The translations under genes were made by a program, and so were the position numbers. A stretch of 64,000 bases of DNA, from contig JAQGDQ010000131.1 of the NCBI GenBank assembly GCA_030141605.1, forward strand, positions 477,536 to 541,535, read 5' to 3'. The stretch comes from Tubiluchus corallicola. Taxonomy: Eukaryota; Animalia; Priapulida. Under the pieces are notes generated by a model that saw nothing but the letters and a program-made list of their open reading frames with translations, was not told the origin of the DNA and searched no databases. The number at the start of each line of letters is the position of its first letter. The first letter of the stretch is position 1. Below are positions 29,201 to 39,620 of the stretch, piece after piece.

Positions 29201-32200
29201 TTAGTTATGCTACTATCGATTGCCGAGGTTGGTCGTTTTAGATAAAATAGCAGGTTTTGTCAAAATTATATAAAAGCTATGAAAGCTACACACACTAGAT
29301 TTCAATTTGGGTGAAAAGGAAGTTTATCAGGTTAACCAGTCCTTACAGACAACGTTCAATGCATGCCAATTCTTTCAGTGTTCCGCAGATAAATTATGAG
29401 CAGAGCACATTAGTATAAAACTAGATCTATCTGTATACACATCTGGTCCTTCCAGTGTTAAAGAGCCCTAGGACATTTTCCCAACACTTACTTTCTTGTG
29501 AGTTAAACTAGTTCTGATCTTCTTCATCACGCCACCCGTGTCAAATGAATATCCACTATCAGGCGGATATATGTTTTTTAGCATGGCAATGTGTGTGCGA
29601 CTCTCCCCAGTGTTTTCTCTAGCTTGCATTTCACAATAAACAACACCTGCGTCCTCCCCATCACCGTTAATGTGATGAACTTCTGTTATGTAGCCGGATT
29701 CCTGTTTAAAAAAACACACAAGTTTAACTAATTAACATAGTATATAAAAATGGCTGAAGAAAAAACTTTTAAGGCCTCAGAGCAAAAAGAGATAACACTT
29801 GCTTGTTCAATACAGTTCTTATTTGGAATCACTCGAAAAATAGTAATTACAGCTGTTATACTTAAAAAGGCTCATCCCACTTGAGAGCACACACTGATAT
29901 TTATTCAAAAAAGTGTACATGCTTACAAGCAATGATAATTATGTTAAAAGAATGCATGCTTTATATGGCCAAATTGTCAATTAACTTGCTGCCAAATATT
30001 TTACTTGTAATAAAAATATTCATTGTTGTAAAAATTTACAGGTAAAGGCTACCACGTTCACAAATGTAATAAAATAAAAGCCAAATAACAAAAGGGTAAC
30101 ACTGAATAGCACAAAATTCCTACTGCTGCAAATCACTCTGGAAATGAACAAGGTAAAAATGAAAAAGAATTTACTTAGTATTAATTATGTCGGGTCTGTG
30201 TATATGATATGTTAGTTGCTAATCAATTTATTACGCTCGTATGCAAGCATGTCTTACTGTTAGCACTGGGTACAGGATATGGTCGAGGTATATGGGCAAA
30301 AGGTTAAGAAAGCCCTCACTTCCAGCAGTCGTCACGGTGTAGCAGGTGTGATCTATGTCAGTCCAAGCGTTAGTTCCTGAAGCTAAACAACGATTCGCTA
30401 GAAGATCAAGCACGCCCTAAAAAGACAAAATGAAACATTGAACTATCAGTCTCTTGGATTCACTAGGATTGCATTGTGCATACTATGCTAAGATAGATTT
30501 TGTACAATTCAAGATTAAGATTACATTGCATAAAATGATAGTGCAATATGTCAATTATATTATACACTATCAAGCATCAGCATCAAATATTTTATACAAA
30601 TGCTATATACCAGTATCACAAATAAACTAACCACTTCGTTAATATTATTCTACACTAATTATTATTTCAATAATTGTTATGTCCTTAATAGTTTTAAAAT
30701 AAACATTCAAGCTCACATTCATTGTTGATTTTGGAAATTGTTATTGGTCACAATTATAACTGTAATAAGCAAAAGCAATAACATGCCATAAGATTGTCAG
30801 AAGCTATACTACACCGTTACCTATACGTTGTTTGAAAAGCTGTTACTATTTTGGATAGTTATCACAGCAAACATTCTAAAAGTAAAACTTATAAAACAGT
30901 AATCTTCACTCCTAAGCAATTACCTTTATGATCCCATTGTTTATTATTATTATTATTATGGTTGTTGTTATTAGTTCATTTCGCATAAAAATCTGCAGCT
31001 TATAAAGATAACCGGATGTTAATAAAATAGATAATGGGATGTTAGTAAAATAACATATCTACAGAAATTCCACTTTGTAATTTCACGCTCATTTCAGTAC
31101 TCCTGTAATTGTATAACCTAAGAAAGCAAAGTCTGTAATTTGATTAATCCTAGTATTGGGACACTGCTTTAAAACCAACAAATAATTAAAATTTAGGTTT
31201 GATATTTTCTAAATAGAAACAGTTTAGATAAAAAATGCCATATAGCAAGACTACAAATCTAAGCAAAATGGTTTAAAAGTAACTTTGTGATGTCATACTA
31301 AGACATGACCAGTACAATGACAGACAGTATACCAAGTTCCAATCAAATAATAGAAAATCAAATTTATAATATTAAAGTCGAATACCAAAGCTAACACCTA
31401 TCCTGCAAAAATGTATAATAATGGTACCTTATAAGGATACAGTTCACTTCCCAAAAAGACTAAATGTTCCAGAGTGTGAGGTAATCCTTCATCATCGTGA
31501 GCCTCGGTAGCTGTCCAAAACAATATAAGGCAATAGTTCTGTGTTTATTCTTAACATTTACAACAACAACAACCATGTGTTGCTGTCCTGTGGCAGCACA
31601 AATAATATTCAGTAATCATAAACACCAGAACGCAAGTGAATTTGCTACTCAGTAATTTTAATTACATTGAAAAAATGGCATTTACAGCAAGAACCAACTT
31701 GAACCAAAAAACAACACGACTACTTCGTCTTTACAGATCCTGGTGTTCTGTACGCATGCACAGAACCCGATAATAAGATACATTTGCAATGCCATGCAGT
31801 CAAGCTTAAAAATATTCTGAACTTTATTTTGAGTAAATGTTTTCAAAGATCTTCTTAGGTACATGTGTATGAAAGTCTTAAAAGATAAAGTGTATTACAG
31901 ACAAATTTTTTTATATAAAATGCAAATGGTTATATCATTCTGATTGCACTGAAAGCATTTGCTCTCATAATTCAAGTAAAATGTTGCCATGTAGGCATAA
32001 ATCTTCTAGATCTAGAACAACAAGAACTTTTGAAAGCCCAAATAAGTTGACAAAATTTAAAACTTGTTTATGACATAGAAATACACTGATTACCAGCAAT
32101 TATACAAGTAAAGTAATTTCACAATTTCTAGTTTGTAAGTAAACATTAAATTAAATAGGGTACAAACAGACATTACATCAACTAGGTGTTCACAAATGTT

Positions 32201-34958
32201 TCACAAATCTAACATCACAATTCTTTCTTTGAAACATTGTTCATTGTGGCAAATTCTGACTGTTTATGCATTTCACGAAGAACATTTACAATCATGTACT
32301 GCGAAAAGAGTAAGTACAAAATCCGAAACCACGTCAGCTGACTTCTGTGCACTGCCATTGCTTGCCAAGCGTTCCAAACTTGCTTAGGATTGGAGACAAC
32401 TTTTGCAGTATGTTTGTAAAGTGGTAGTAGCAACACTGAAAACAAGCTTGTATACTTTAACACAGTATTAACACTCTGCAGTCTAAATATACGCACTTGT
32501 TTAGCTTTTTTTGCTTTTGAAAAATATTCTAGAGCTCTGCAAATGGAGACGTGATTTCTATGACCACTTACGCCGTATGAATCAAACGAGACAATGACAT
32601 CGATGTAAAGATCAACAACCTTTTCCATAATTAATTCAGCTATTAATCTCACATCCCATTCTACATGTGGGTGATCGGGTAGTCCAGTTTTGTTAACAAT
32701 AAATAAGTTTTCAGCATTAATACCAAGGACTGCAGTACTACTTTTCAATTCCATGACTCGTTTACTGCCATTTCCGTAAAAATTGCCAACACTAAGACAT
32801 AACAGGTAAACCTCTATCCCGCTAGCCCAAAAATGCTGAATAGTAGGTGCAAAAAACATGCACTCATCATCTGGATGTGCAGTTACAAACAGAACACGAA
32901 AATGCTCGGTCATCGAAGAATGTGCTATGAAAATTGCTTTTGATTGTTGGTAATAGAACATAGCCCAAGCAGCAGCTGTTATGAACAGCAAACAAAACAA
33001 AAGCATTATCATGCTGATATATTAACTAAGTTTGGCTAACAGTAAGCGAACTACTTGAGTCTTGTGTCTAACTGTTTCACAAAAATTCCAGATCTCCGTA
33101 TTTCACCATCCAATCGACAAACTATTCCAGAAATATTCCTGAAACAATCATATATGTACATATTATACAAAAATAAATGATAATTGTGACAAAGATATAA
33201 AATTTGCAAATTTATACAACCAATATCAACAGAAATATTTCTGGAATAGTTTACTTAAAAATGCCAAGACACGAGTTTATAAGGCTTCCTCTTTTCCGTC
33301 AATAGATGACACTATATGTATTTTATAAGAATACCTGAGTATTTTGTTTACAGCATTGATGTTACCATCTTATGAATTACTAAGGAGATAATAGAAGCAC
33401 TGATAATTTTAAAAACATCCTAGTCAATAATTGTTACAGCATGAAGGTATACTGATTAATTGGACCCAATGTGCTTGACGGGCCAAAAGATATTGTGCAA
33501 TCATTTTTAACAACTTGAACACGTTCTTTCACTGACATTAATAAAACCCTACAGAGGAAATTCAAACAAAGCACTGAAGTTATGCAATACCCAGGTGACC
33601 TAAAGGAAACCTTTTCTGGTCACCCCAAAACGTTTGCTAGACTTATTTAGGACCGATCTTTTGCATAAATTTTTTGGCTGCCAAATGCTAAAACAACAGA
33701 TTACCATACAGTTAATATAAACAGATAAACAGTGCGGTACACAGATTCAATTTTAATTTCCCTTTCTTTCTTCTTGTTTTCCTAGCAATAATTATTTTCA
33801 CTTGGTTATTTAACTTATTTTGCATACTGTCAGTATTTATGTGCCACATCTTGCACAAACTATCTTATACATAAATTATGCACTTCAATACGGGTATAGA
33901 TCCTTTGAGTTCAATGGATAGGCCCAGTTCAGAAGCAAAAAAATGGTAATGGACATTGGTTCAAATATATACAATTGATGAAAAGATTGTAATCATAGCC
34001 TTGTAGTTCTCGGCATGGTCTTGAGAAAAAATCTTGTTCTTGCAAAACTGAGTGTCCTTTTACAATTTTGTAACAAGTGACAAGATCTTCATCATCATCA
34101 GACATTACACTTGATATTTATTTAATGTGAGAGCTTTGAAGTTGATGAGCATTGAATGATCTACTCGACAAGTGACTAGTAACCATAACTTTGCTAGTTT
34201 TTGTCGACGATTTACCATTTACCATTTTACCCTCTCTGCAGCCATTTAGGCTGATCGCAATATCTCACCAAGAAAACATCAGTATCAGCAACTAAGAGAA
34301 ATTTAAAGAAAACACCAAATTGTCAGGAACAGTGACAGATTTGTTAGTCTTAGATTTGGCAATGATATTGTTAGTCTCAGACCAATGCTTCTCGCGAGTC
34401 CTAGGAGACAACTAATGTGACGAAGACTGATTTTGGTAGTTGTTCAGGATTGAAACCCATTATACACCATGATAGCAGTGATGTCTATCACCATGTTAAA
34501 GAATTTGCCGATACAGCTATTAGCCGAACTCGAGGTTTCGATAATCAATTTTTGCGATGTAAACAATTGTACAATATGAAGTCTTCTTTAGTTCAAAAGC
34601 TAAATATCGGGACAATTTCCGGAAATAGCTTATCTTTTACACACAGAAAAATTTCACGTATATTTGCTGTGAGTATTTTCTGATTCATAATTATATGTAA
34701 AATAAATTGTTCTTACATCTATCATCTTAATTTAGGCAATCTAAAAATCAACAATGACGACAGTAATCTAGCCATAATTATTCCAAATACAGAAAGGACT
34801 TTCTTACCCAAACAAAAATATCCATTCACAATCGGCCCTTCTACTTCAGCTAAAATAACTGTTAAACCAGAACTTAACGATTTGTACTTCGAAACTGGAA
34901 TTATTCCATTAACTTTTAAAGAACACAAAAGTTTCCAATCACGTACGGGAGCAGCCAT
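11218..34958 (-). CDS. M16 (insulinase/pitrilysin-like) zinc metallopeptidase, C05D11.1-like, ~1019 aa, 22 coding exons
   Basis: Exons (-): 34958-34808, 31510-31428, 30416-30258, 29701-29492, 28310-28188, 28014-27874, 26959-26757, 25795-25618, 25114-25004, 24438-24295, 23640-23458, 22840-22738, 20501-20371, 20027-19847, 19219-19134, 17744-17581, 16690-16501, 16232-16183, 15703-15610, 15112-14952, 13941-13789, 11278-11218. They total 3060 nt in one frame. Inverted zinc motif GLPHTLEHLVFLGS (HxxEH), GTNAWT, GVVYCEMQ (third-ligand E), HHTFYRPEN and C-terminal IRGHGLSY. Confidence 0.93.
11691..12695 (+). mobile_element. Non-autonomous Tigger/pogo element retaining a transposase N-terminal HTH fragment
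   Basis: TA|caatctagcctcgttatctcgcc ... ggcgagataacgaggctagactg|TA (23-bp TIR, 1 mismatch, TA TSD). Internal ORF 12122-12343 (EQKKEICIY..KTQQEIATVFSAKFG..VSRRSVGHII..KEKW) resembles the CENP-B/psq-type HTH of Tigger transposases. Confidence 0.85.
12917..13368. mobile_element. Tigger/pogo-like MITE
   Basis: TA|cagttatacctccgttgtttcgacc ... ggtcaaaaacagaggtatgactg|TA: imperfect TIRs with TA TSD. Confidence 0.8.
13961..14040 (+). mobile_element. Degenerate SINE head with 5S rRNA-derived segment
   Basis: gaagtcaagca...ttagtaaatggatgggtaacagcc resembles 5S gaagctaagca...ttagtacttggatgggagaccgcc; preceded by a tRNA A-box-like gctaagtggtc. Confidence 0.5.
18431..19068. mobile_element. Tigger/pogo-like MITE copy (family of 21071-21894 and 38442-39432)
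   Basis: Starts TA|cagtgggtgccaattattagactc; shares tgactcaa...ttgcttcaca and gtcggttaattgggtc blocks with 21071-21894; right TIR degenerate. Confidence 0.65.
21071..21894. mobile_element. Tigger/pogo-like MITE
   Basis: TA|cagtggatgacgcttaatagactc ... gagcctattaagtggcacctactg|TA: TIRs with TA TSD. Confidence 0.8.
23003..23406. repeat. 202-bp direct tandem duplication in intron 11 of the M16 gene
   Basis: 23003-23204 is repeated at 23205-23406 (tgctaaaaatgtctac...cattaaaatcaga); no differences seen by eye. Confidence 0.95.
24560..24710. repeat. Degenerate (CAT)n microsatellite
   Basis: Runs of catcatcat; source of spurious ORFs 24435-24713 and 24496-24885. Confidence 0.8.
27152..27502. mobile_element. 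hAT-like MITE; a second partial copy lies inverted at 43031-43241
   Basis: Ends tagaagtgacca / tgctcaccccta with ttcgaa-rich subterminal motifs; 27290-27502 is similar to the reverse complement of 43031-43241. TSD not clear. Confidence 0.55.
32215..33012 (-). CDS. PIGL: N-acetylglucosaminyl-phosphatidylinositol de-N-acetylase (GPI biosynthesis), single coding exon, nested in intron 1 of the M16 gene
   Basis: 265-aa ORF with an N-terminal hydrophobic anchor, VTAHPDDECMFFAPTI, LCLSVGN, SFDSYGVSGHRNH and AMAVHRSQLTWFR, the hallmark PIG-L/GPI12 motifs. Acceptor tgtttcag at 33139-33146; AATAAA on the minus strand at 31823-31828. Confidence 0.95.
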   Translation of the reverse strand: MIMLLFCLLFITAAAWAMFYYQQSKAIFIAHSSMTEHFRVLFVTAHPDDECMFFAPTIQHFWASGIEVYLLCLSVGNFYGNGSKRVMELKSSTAVLGINAENLFIVNKTGLPDHPHVEWDVRLIAELIMEKVVDLYIDVIVSFDSYGVSGHRNHVSICRALEYFSKAKKAKQVRIFRLQSVNTVLKYTSLFSVLLLPLYKHTAKVVSNPKQVWNAWQAMAVHRSQLTWFRILYLLFSQYMIVNVLREMHKQSEFATMNNVSKKEL

Positions 34959-35574
34959 CTTAGCTGCAGCGGCGTAACAGGGTTGCCATGTGGTTGTTCA
35001 AGCAAGCGCCGCTTAAAGTTTCTACAGGGTGTTTCAGAAGAACGTTCAGCAGAAATGTGATATACATATACATATATAGTATTGTATTGTACGTAAACCA
35101 AGGAAATTTGGAGTTATGCAAAATATAATTATTTTTATGTTATTAAAGTATGACGTTATGACGCAGAAGACCATGTTGATTTTGGACAAAGTAACAAGTG
35201 TTTTGAAAAACATTCAAACAAATGAACTGGAGCGTTTTTCATAACATACAGTGTTGCTCCTGTTGTATCTGCAATTAACAGCAAACACTTGCAGTTACGG
35301 CAGTGCATTCATATCTCTCTTGCTGTGCTCTTATAATCACATTTCATTGTGATTTGATTGGAGCATTGATAGGATAGAAGGTGAATTTACACTATGATAC
35401 ACATCATACTGGCATGATACATCGATAATGTACTGCATGTGATATGGGTACTGAACTGCTTATAAAGTTCCACTAGCACTGTGAATCTAATTTATGTAAT
35501 GGTCGACCAACTCTTAGCAGTAGGTATTTGCTTTGTAGATTTCTATAGCTAGACCTCAATCTTGCCTGAGCTAT

Positions 35575-35760
35575 CCCTATATGAGCTGTTTGGTGATTAT
35601 ACAGCTTCATCTATTTTAATTTTGGTATGTTCGACCTTTGTGACCTTGACCTTTTTCAGGTTTTGACCAAGTATGGTGATTAAGGCTTCGTTCATCTTGG
35701 TTTCATTGTGCAGACAAACACACAGACGGGCACCACAGAATGCCATATATGTCGGTCAAC
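35575..35760. repeat. Fragment of a gaccttgacct / acagac-type interspersed repeat (Helentron-associated-like)
   Basis: gacctttgtgaccttgacctttt followed by cagacaaacacacagacgg, a motif combination typical of such invertebrate repeats; ends not defined. Confidence 0.4.
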
Positions 35761-36301
35761 ATCTTGTATGTATGACGAAGCTTAATTTAATCACTCTAAT
35801 GTGTAACCAGTAAACCGACCTAAATGCAACCATTAAAATATTCATGGACTCCTCAAAATATTGCAATGTACAGCTAATTCATAAAGCATCAGAGTCCTAC
35901 AAAAGCTGGTTTCATAAGGAAATTAGTATTCGATTAAGGAGTTTCCTCACACATTTAGATACCTTACACTAAAGCTTCACGAACTGGTTTCTTGTCGGCG
36001 ATGAATTGTAAAGGTTAGCCTTCGATTAGTATTCGTACGTCGATCATTTATAACTTTTATATTGTTGCATATTGTTCTGTGTACATGGACACATTAGTAT
36101 TGTGTATATGTAATAATAATCTTATAATAATAATAATGAAAAAATCTTATAAAAGACGTTTTTCCTGTGTTTACTTGTGTTTCGTTTAAATTTGTTGTTT
36201 ATACATTATTAGACGTTTGTTGTGTCGTGTTTGTTTTATAGCAGTGTTGCCTTCAGTACACGCAGCAAGCTATACAATTCTAAATAATATGCAGATATCC
36301 T

Positions 36302-37160
36302 TGTAGGGAGCCGAGTGGACCACTGAGCCAAGTAGACCAATTGGGCTGCCCAAGTAGGACACTAGAGACAGGTCGCGAAATGAGTTAAGTGTACTGGCAC
36401 CGTCCTTGTTTATGTAATATTAATAATTAAAAACGTCAATACACGTTGAATAATTTTTTATACATCTGAGAAAATAAAAGAATTTTATTCTGAGCTGGTA
36501 GAACAGACAATATTAAATTTGGCTTTGATATTAATGTTGTTGAAGTGAAATAAACCCACTTTTTATGCGATTTCAACATTTGTTTAAGGTATATCATATT
36601 TTATTTTGTCTCGCTTCACAGACAGAACACTACCTCTTGTATAAATAATTGTTTTCTCCTAAGGAAACGTTCTAGCGGCCTATGTGCCCTACACGAGCCA
36701 TATACATCAGTGTCCAACATGTTGCAGTACTATTGATATTATTAAAACTAATTGTCTTTGATTGTCCTAAAAAGTTAAAAATTACTTTTTCGTGTTGTGA
36801 AGGCTTAGCAGCATCTGTCTTATTTTTAAACTTGCAGTTATTTCTGTAATAACTGTGTGCATAATTTCTCTTGAAAAGCACTAGATATTTAGTCTAATGT
36901 TACGATGATTTTAATGGAGCTAATAGTAATAATACTGATGATACTGGTGTAAAAAAATACATTAATTTTGTAAATTGTCATCCATCATTATTATAAAGTT
37001 ACTTTTTCGTTTTATGGTTTATTATGGTCATTATAATTCTCGATTCTCGACAAAAATGGCTAGTGTCCTACTTGGGCTGCCCATGTAGGACACTACTTTT
37101 AGCGCATCGGTTTTACCGGAAGTGGTCTACTTGGCTCAGTGGTCCACTCGGCTCCCTACA
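36302..37160. mobile_element. Young non-autonomous DNA transposon, TGT..ACA ends, 5-bp TSD (Ginger-like by termini)
   Basis: ATCCT|tgtagggagccgagtggaccactgagccaagtagacca ... tggtctacttggctcagtggtccactcggctccctaca|ATCCT: perfect 38-bp TIR plus subterminal gggctgcccaagtaggacacta repeats. Confidence 0.9.
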
Positions 37161-38441
37161 ATCCTAATTGACTGCCGTATACACAATGTACCAGGTATTC
37201 AGTATTGTAACACTACTGTCATAATAAGTGTCACTACTGTGTATAAGAGCAAGTTGTACTAACCACTCTCAGCGAGAAACAACATTACTGACTAGTCACA
37301 GTACCCCAGCCAAATGTTTCCAAAATCATTAAAAGCTGCCAAATTTAACAGAAATTTAACTAACGTGGCAACTGCAAGTGGAAACCGGGAATATTAGGAA
37401 AAGCAGAAACAAAAAGTCAAATATCACCATAGAGCAAAACGGGACTTGTCACTACTTTAACAATTAATAATTAAAATATCGATTACCAATATTTCACCAC
37501 ATGTTAATAAAGTGAACGTTACTTAACTGCTGCGCCAAAGCTATCATTTAGTTATGTTATTTGCCACTGTTAAAAACTGGACTTCAATAGATATAGTGTT
37601 AAACGGCCTAATACATTATCATTATACAATTATGCACTCACTTCACACCATATAAACATTTTACAGTTTAATATTGATGCAAATTACCAATTGTTATGTA
37701 TTTGCAATTTGGGATAAAATTTCATTCAGTTTTCACATGCATAGTTACACCCAACCATATTACACAAGCTTATTTTTACTGATGTCACCACCTTAAAAAA
37801 CACCACAAGAAAATAATCTGAAACTATAGCTCATTGGTACAAAGTTGCTGTGTTATTTACTTACACTAGAACTGAATTTTTTAGAGTTTGACAACAGTGC
37901 ATATAAAGTATACACACAGTTTATATTTAGAAAAAGAATTTGAAAAATTTATGTCTTTTCAATGTTACATGAAAATCATAGTTTTCGAAATGTTGAATAG
38001 TAAAAGCTAATAGTAGCAGAAAAAAATGTCAAACCAATACAAGCAAATAAAAACCAAAACTATCAATATAGTAAGCTTCTTTTAAAACAAGAATGCTTTC
38101 AATACAAATATAAACTCACTAACACTAATTGGGACAACGATAAAACAGGCAATTCATTAAAAGCAAAAAATAATTGTCTTATAAAATGGTTCTATAATCA
38201 AAAATGTGCAGTGCAATAAAACTACTTTAAGGAATAATATTAGCAAAATATATCCAGAATATTTATGCCTAGGCATGTCAGCATGGATTTATCAATTCAT
38301 AAACTATAAACAGGTTGTCACAAATACAATTTAAAATTCCATTGCACATTCACAATTATTATTTTTACGATAAAAGAATTTTACATTATTATACACACCA
38401 AATAACATTGTGCTTTTACGCGCGACTACTATTTCGTTATA

Positions 38442-39432
38442 CAGTAGGCGCCGCTTAATAGACTCACTTTGGGACTGAAGTGTTTTGACCCAAATAACCG
38501 ATGGGTGTAGTATTACTGGCATAGAAGTATGAGTCACCAGATTAGTATTCACTGCAAAGGTTTTTAATGGACTTTAGAAACGAAGTAATGCCTAAACTCC
38601 TTTGTGCAGCAAAAAATTAAAAAATATTTTAAAATATTGACTTATCTAAGTGAATTAGCAATAAATTAAAAAGTACACTTTTCTAAATCACACAAGTCTG
38701 TTTATTTGCAAAAGTTACAAAAATTCCTTCAAACTCGGCTGCTTCATTTTCTCGCAAATAAGTTGGTTCACAAAGTTCTCATAATGATAAAAACGTTGAA
38801 AATCTGTTGTTGTATGATGCACAAATTCTCGTAAAATATTTGTGCTTAGCGTGCTTAAACTGTTGATGGAGCCCGTGTTTCTCGCAAGTAGCTGCATCCG
38901 TAGTTTCTCCTAAGTTCCCACTTGCCATAGTGATATCTTACTGTACTGTACCTGAGTCCCTGGCATAACAGCAACATCTAACTGATTAAATTTTCTGGTA
39001 AAGACAGCCAGAGTTTCAAAAGCAAACGGCTAAGCAAGTGATTAAATGTTTAGCTTCCGGGAATTCTTGGGTAAGAAGGTTAATTGCAGTGGACGGACGT
39101 GTCAAAGCAAACAATTAGGCTAGCATATTAGCGTATGATAAACGTTCCTGCTTACAAACAAAATGGTACTTAACATACATGATTGTTTCTATGTATACTG
39201 TAGGACAAAAGCGATATAGGACTAAGATGATATAAAAGTCATAAGACACTATACGAAAGTGTCTTATTGAAGCATGTGAAGCAATAATATTGAGTCAATT
39301 ATGCGGAGGTACTTCAGTCAATTACCGGCAGTTTTTACATACATTTGAATAGAAGCGGCCTGTACCAGGCGTTTTTAAGTCAAATAAGCAATCGAGTCTG
39401 TTAACCGTGAGTCTATTAAGCAACACCTACTG
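38442..39432. mobile_element. Tigger/pogo-like MITE downstream of cdc6
   Basis: TA|cagtaggcgccgcttaatagactcac ... gtgagtctattaagcaacacctactg|TG: TIRs; right TSD mutated. Confidence 0.8.
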
Positions 39433-39620
39433 TGGCACTAAAATGAACCAGCAGGCAAACAAACATTTTACTGCACTACATTTTTGCCACAGGAAATTAA
39501 AAAGTAAAAATTGATTAGTAAATTTTATTAAACTTTCTAATTTCAATTAGTCATTAAATATGTTCAATTATTCCAAAGCATTTACTTTCAAGAAAGAGCA
39601 ACAAAATGGAGAGTGTGTTT

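Noticed and set aside
33012-34958. In-frame fusion of M16 exon 1 to PIGL
   Set aside because: Both candidate splice paths hit a stop within a few codons, and the PIGL frame has an upstream TGA.
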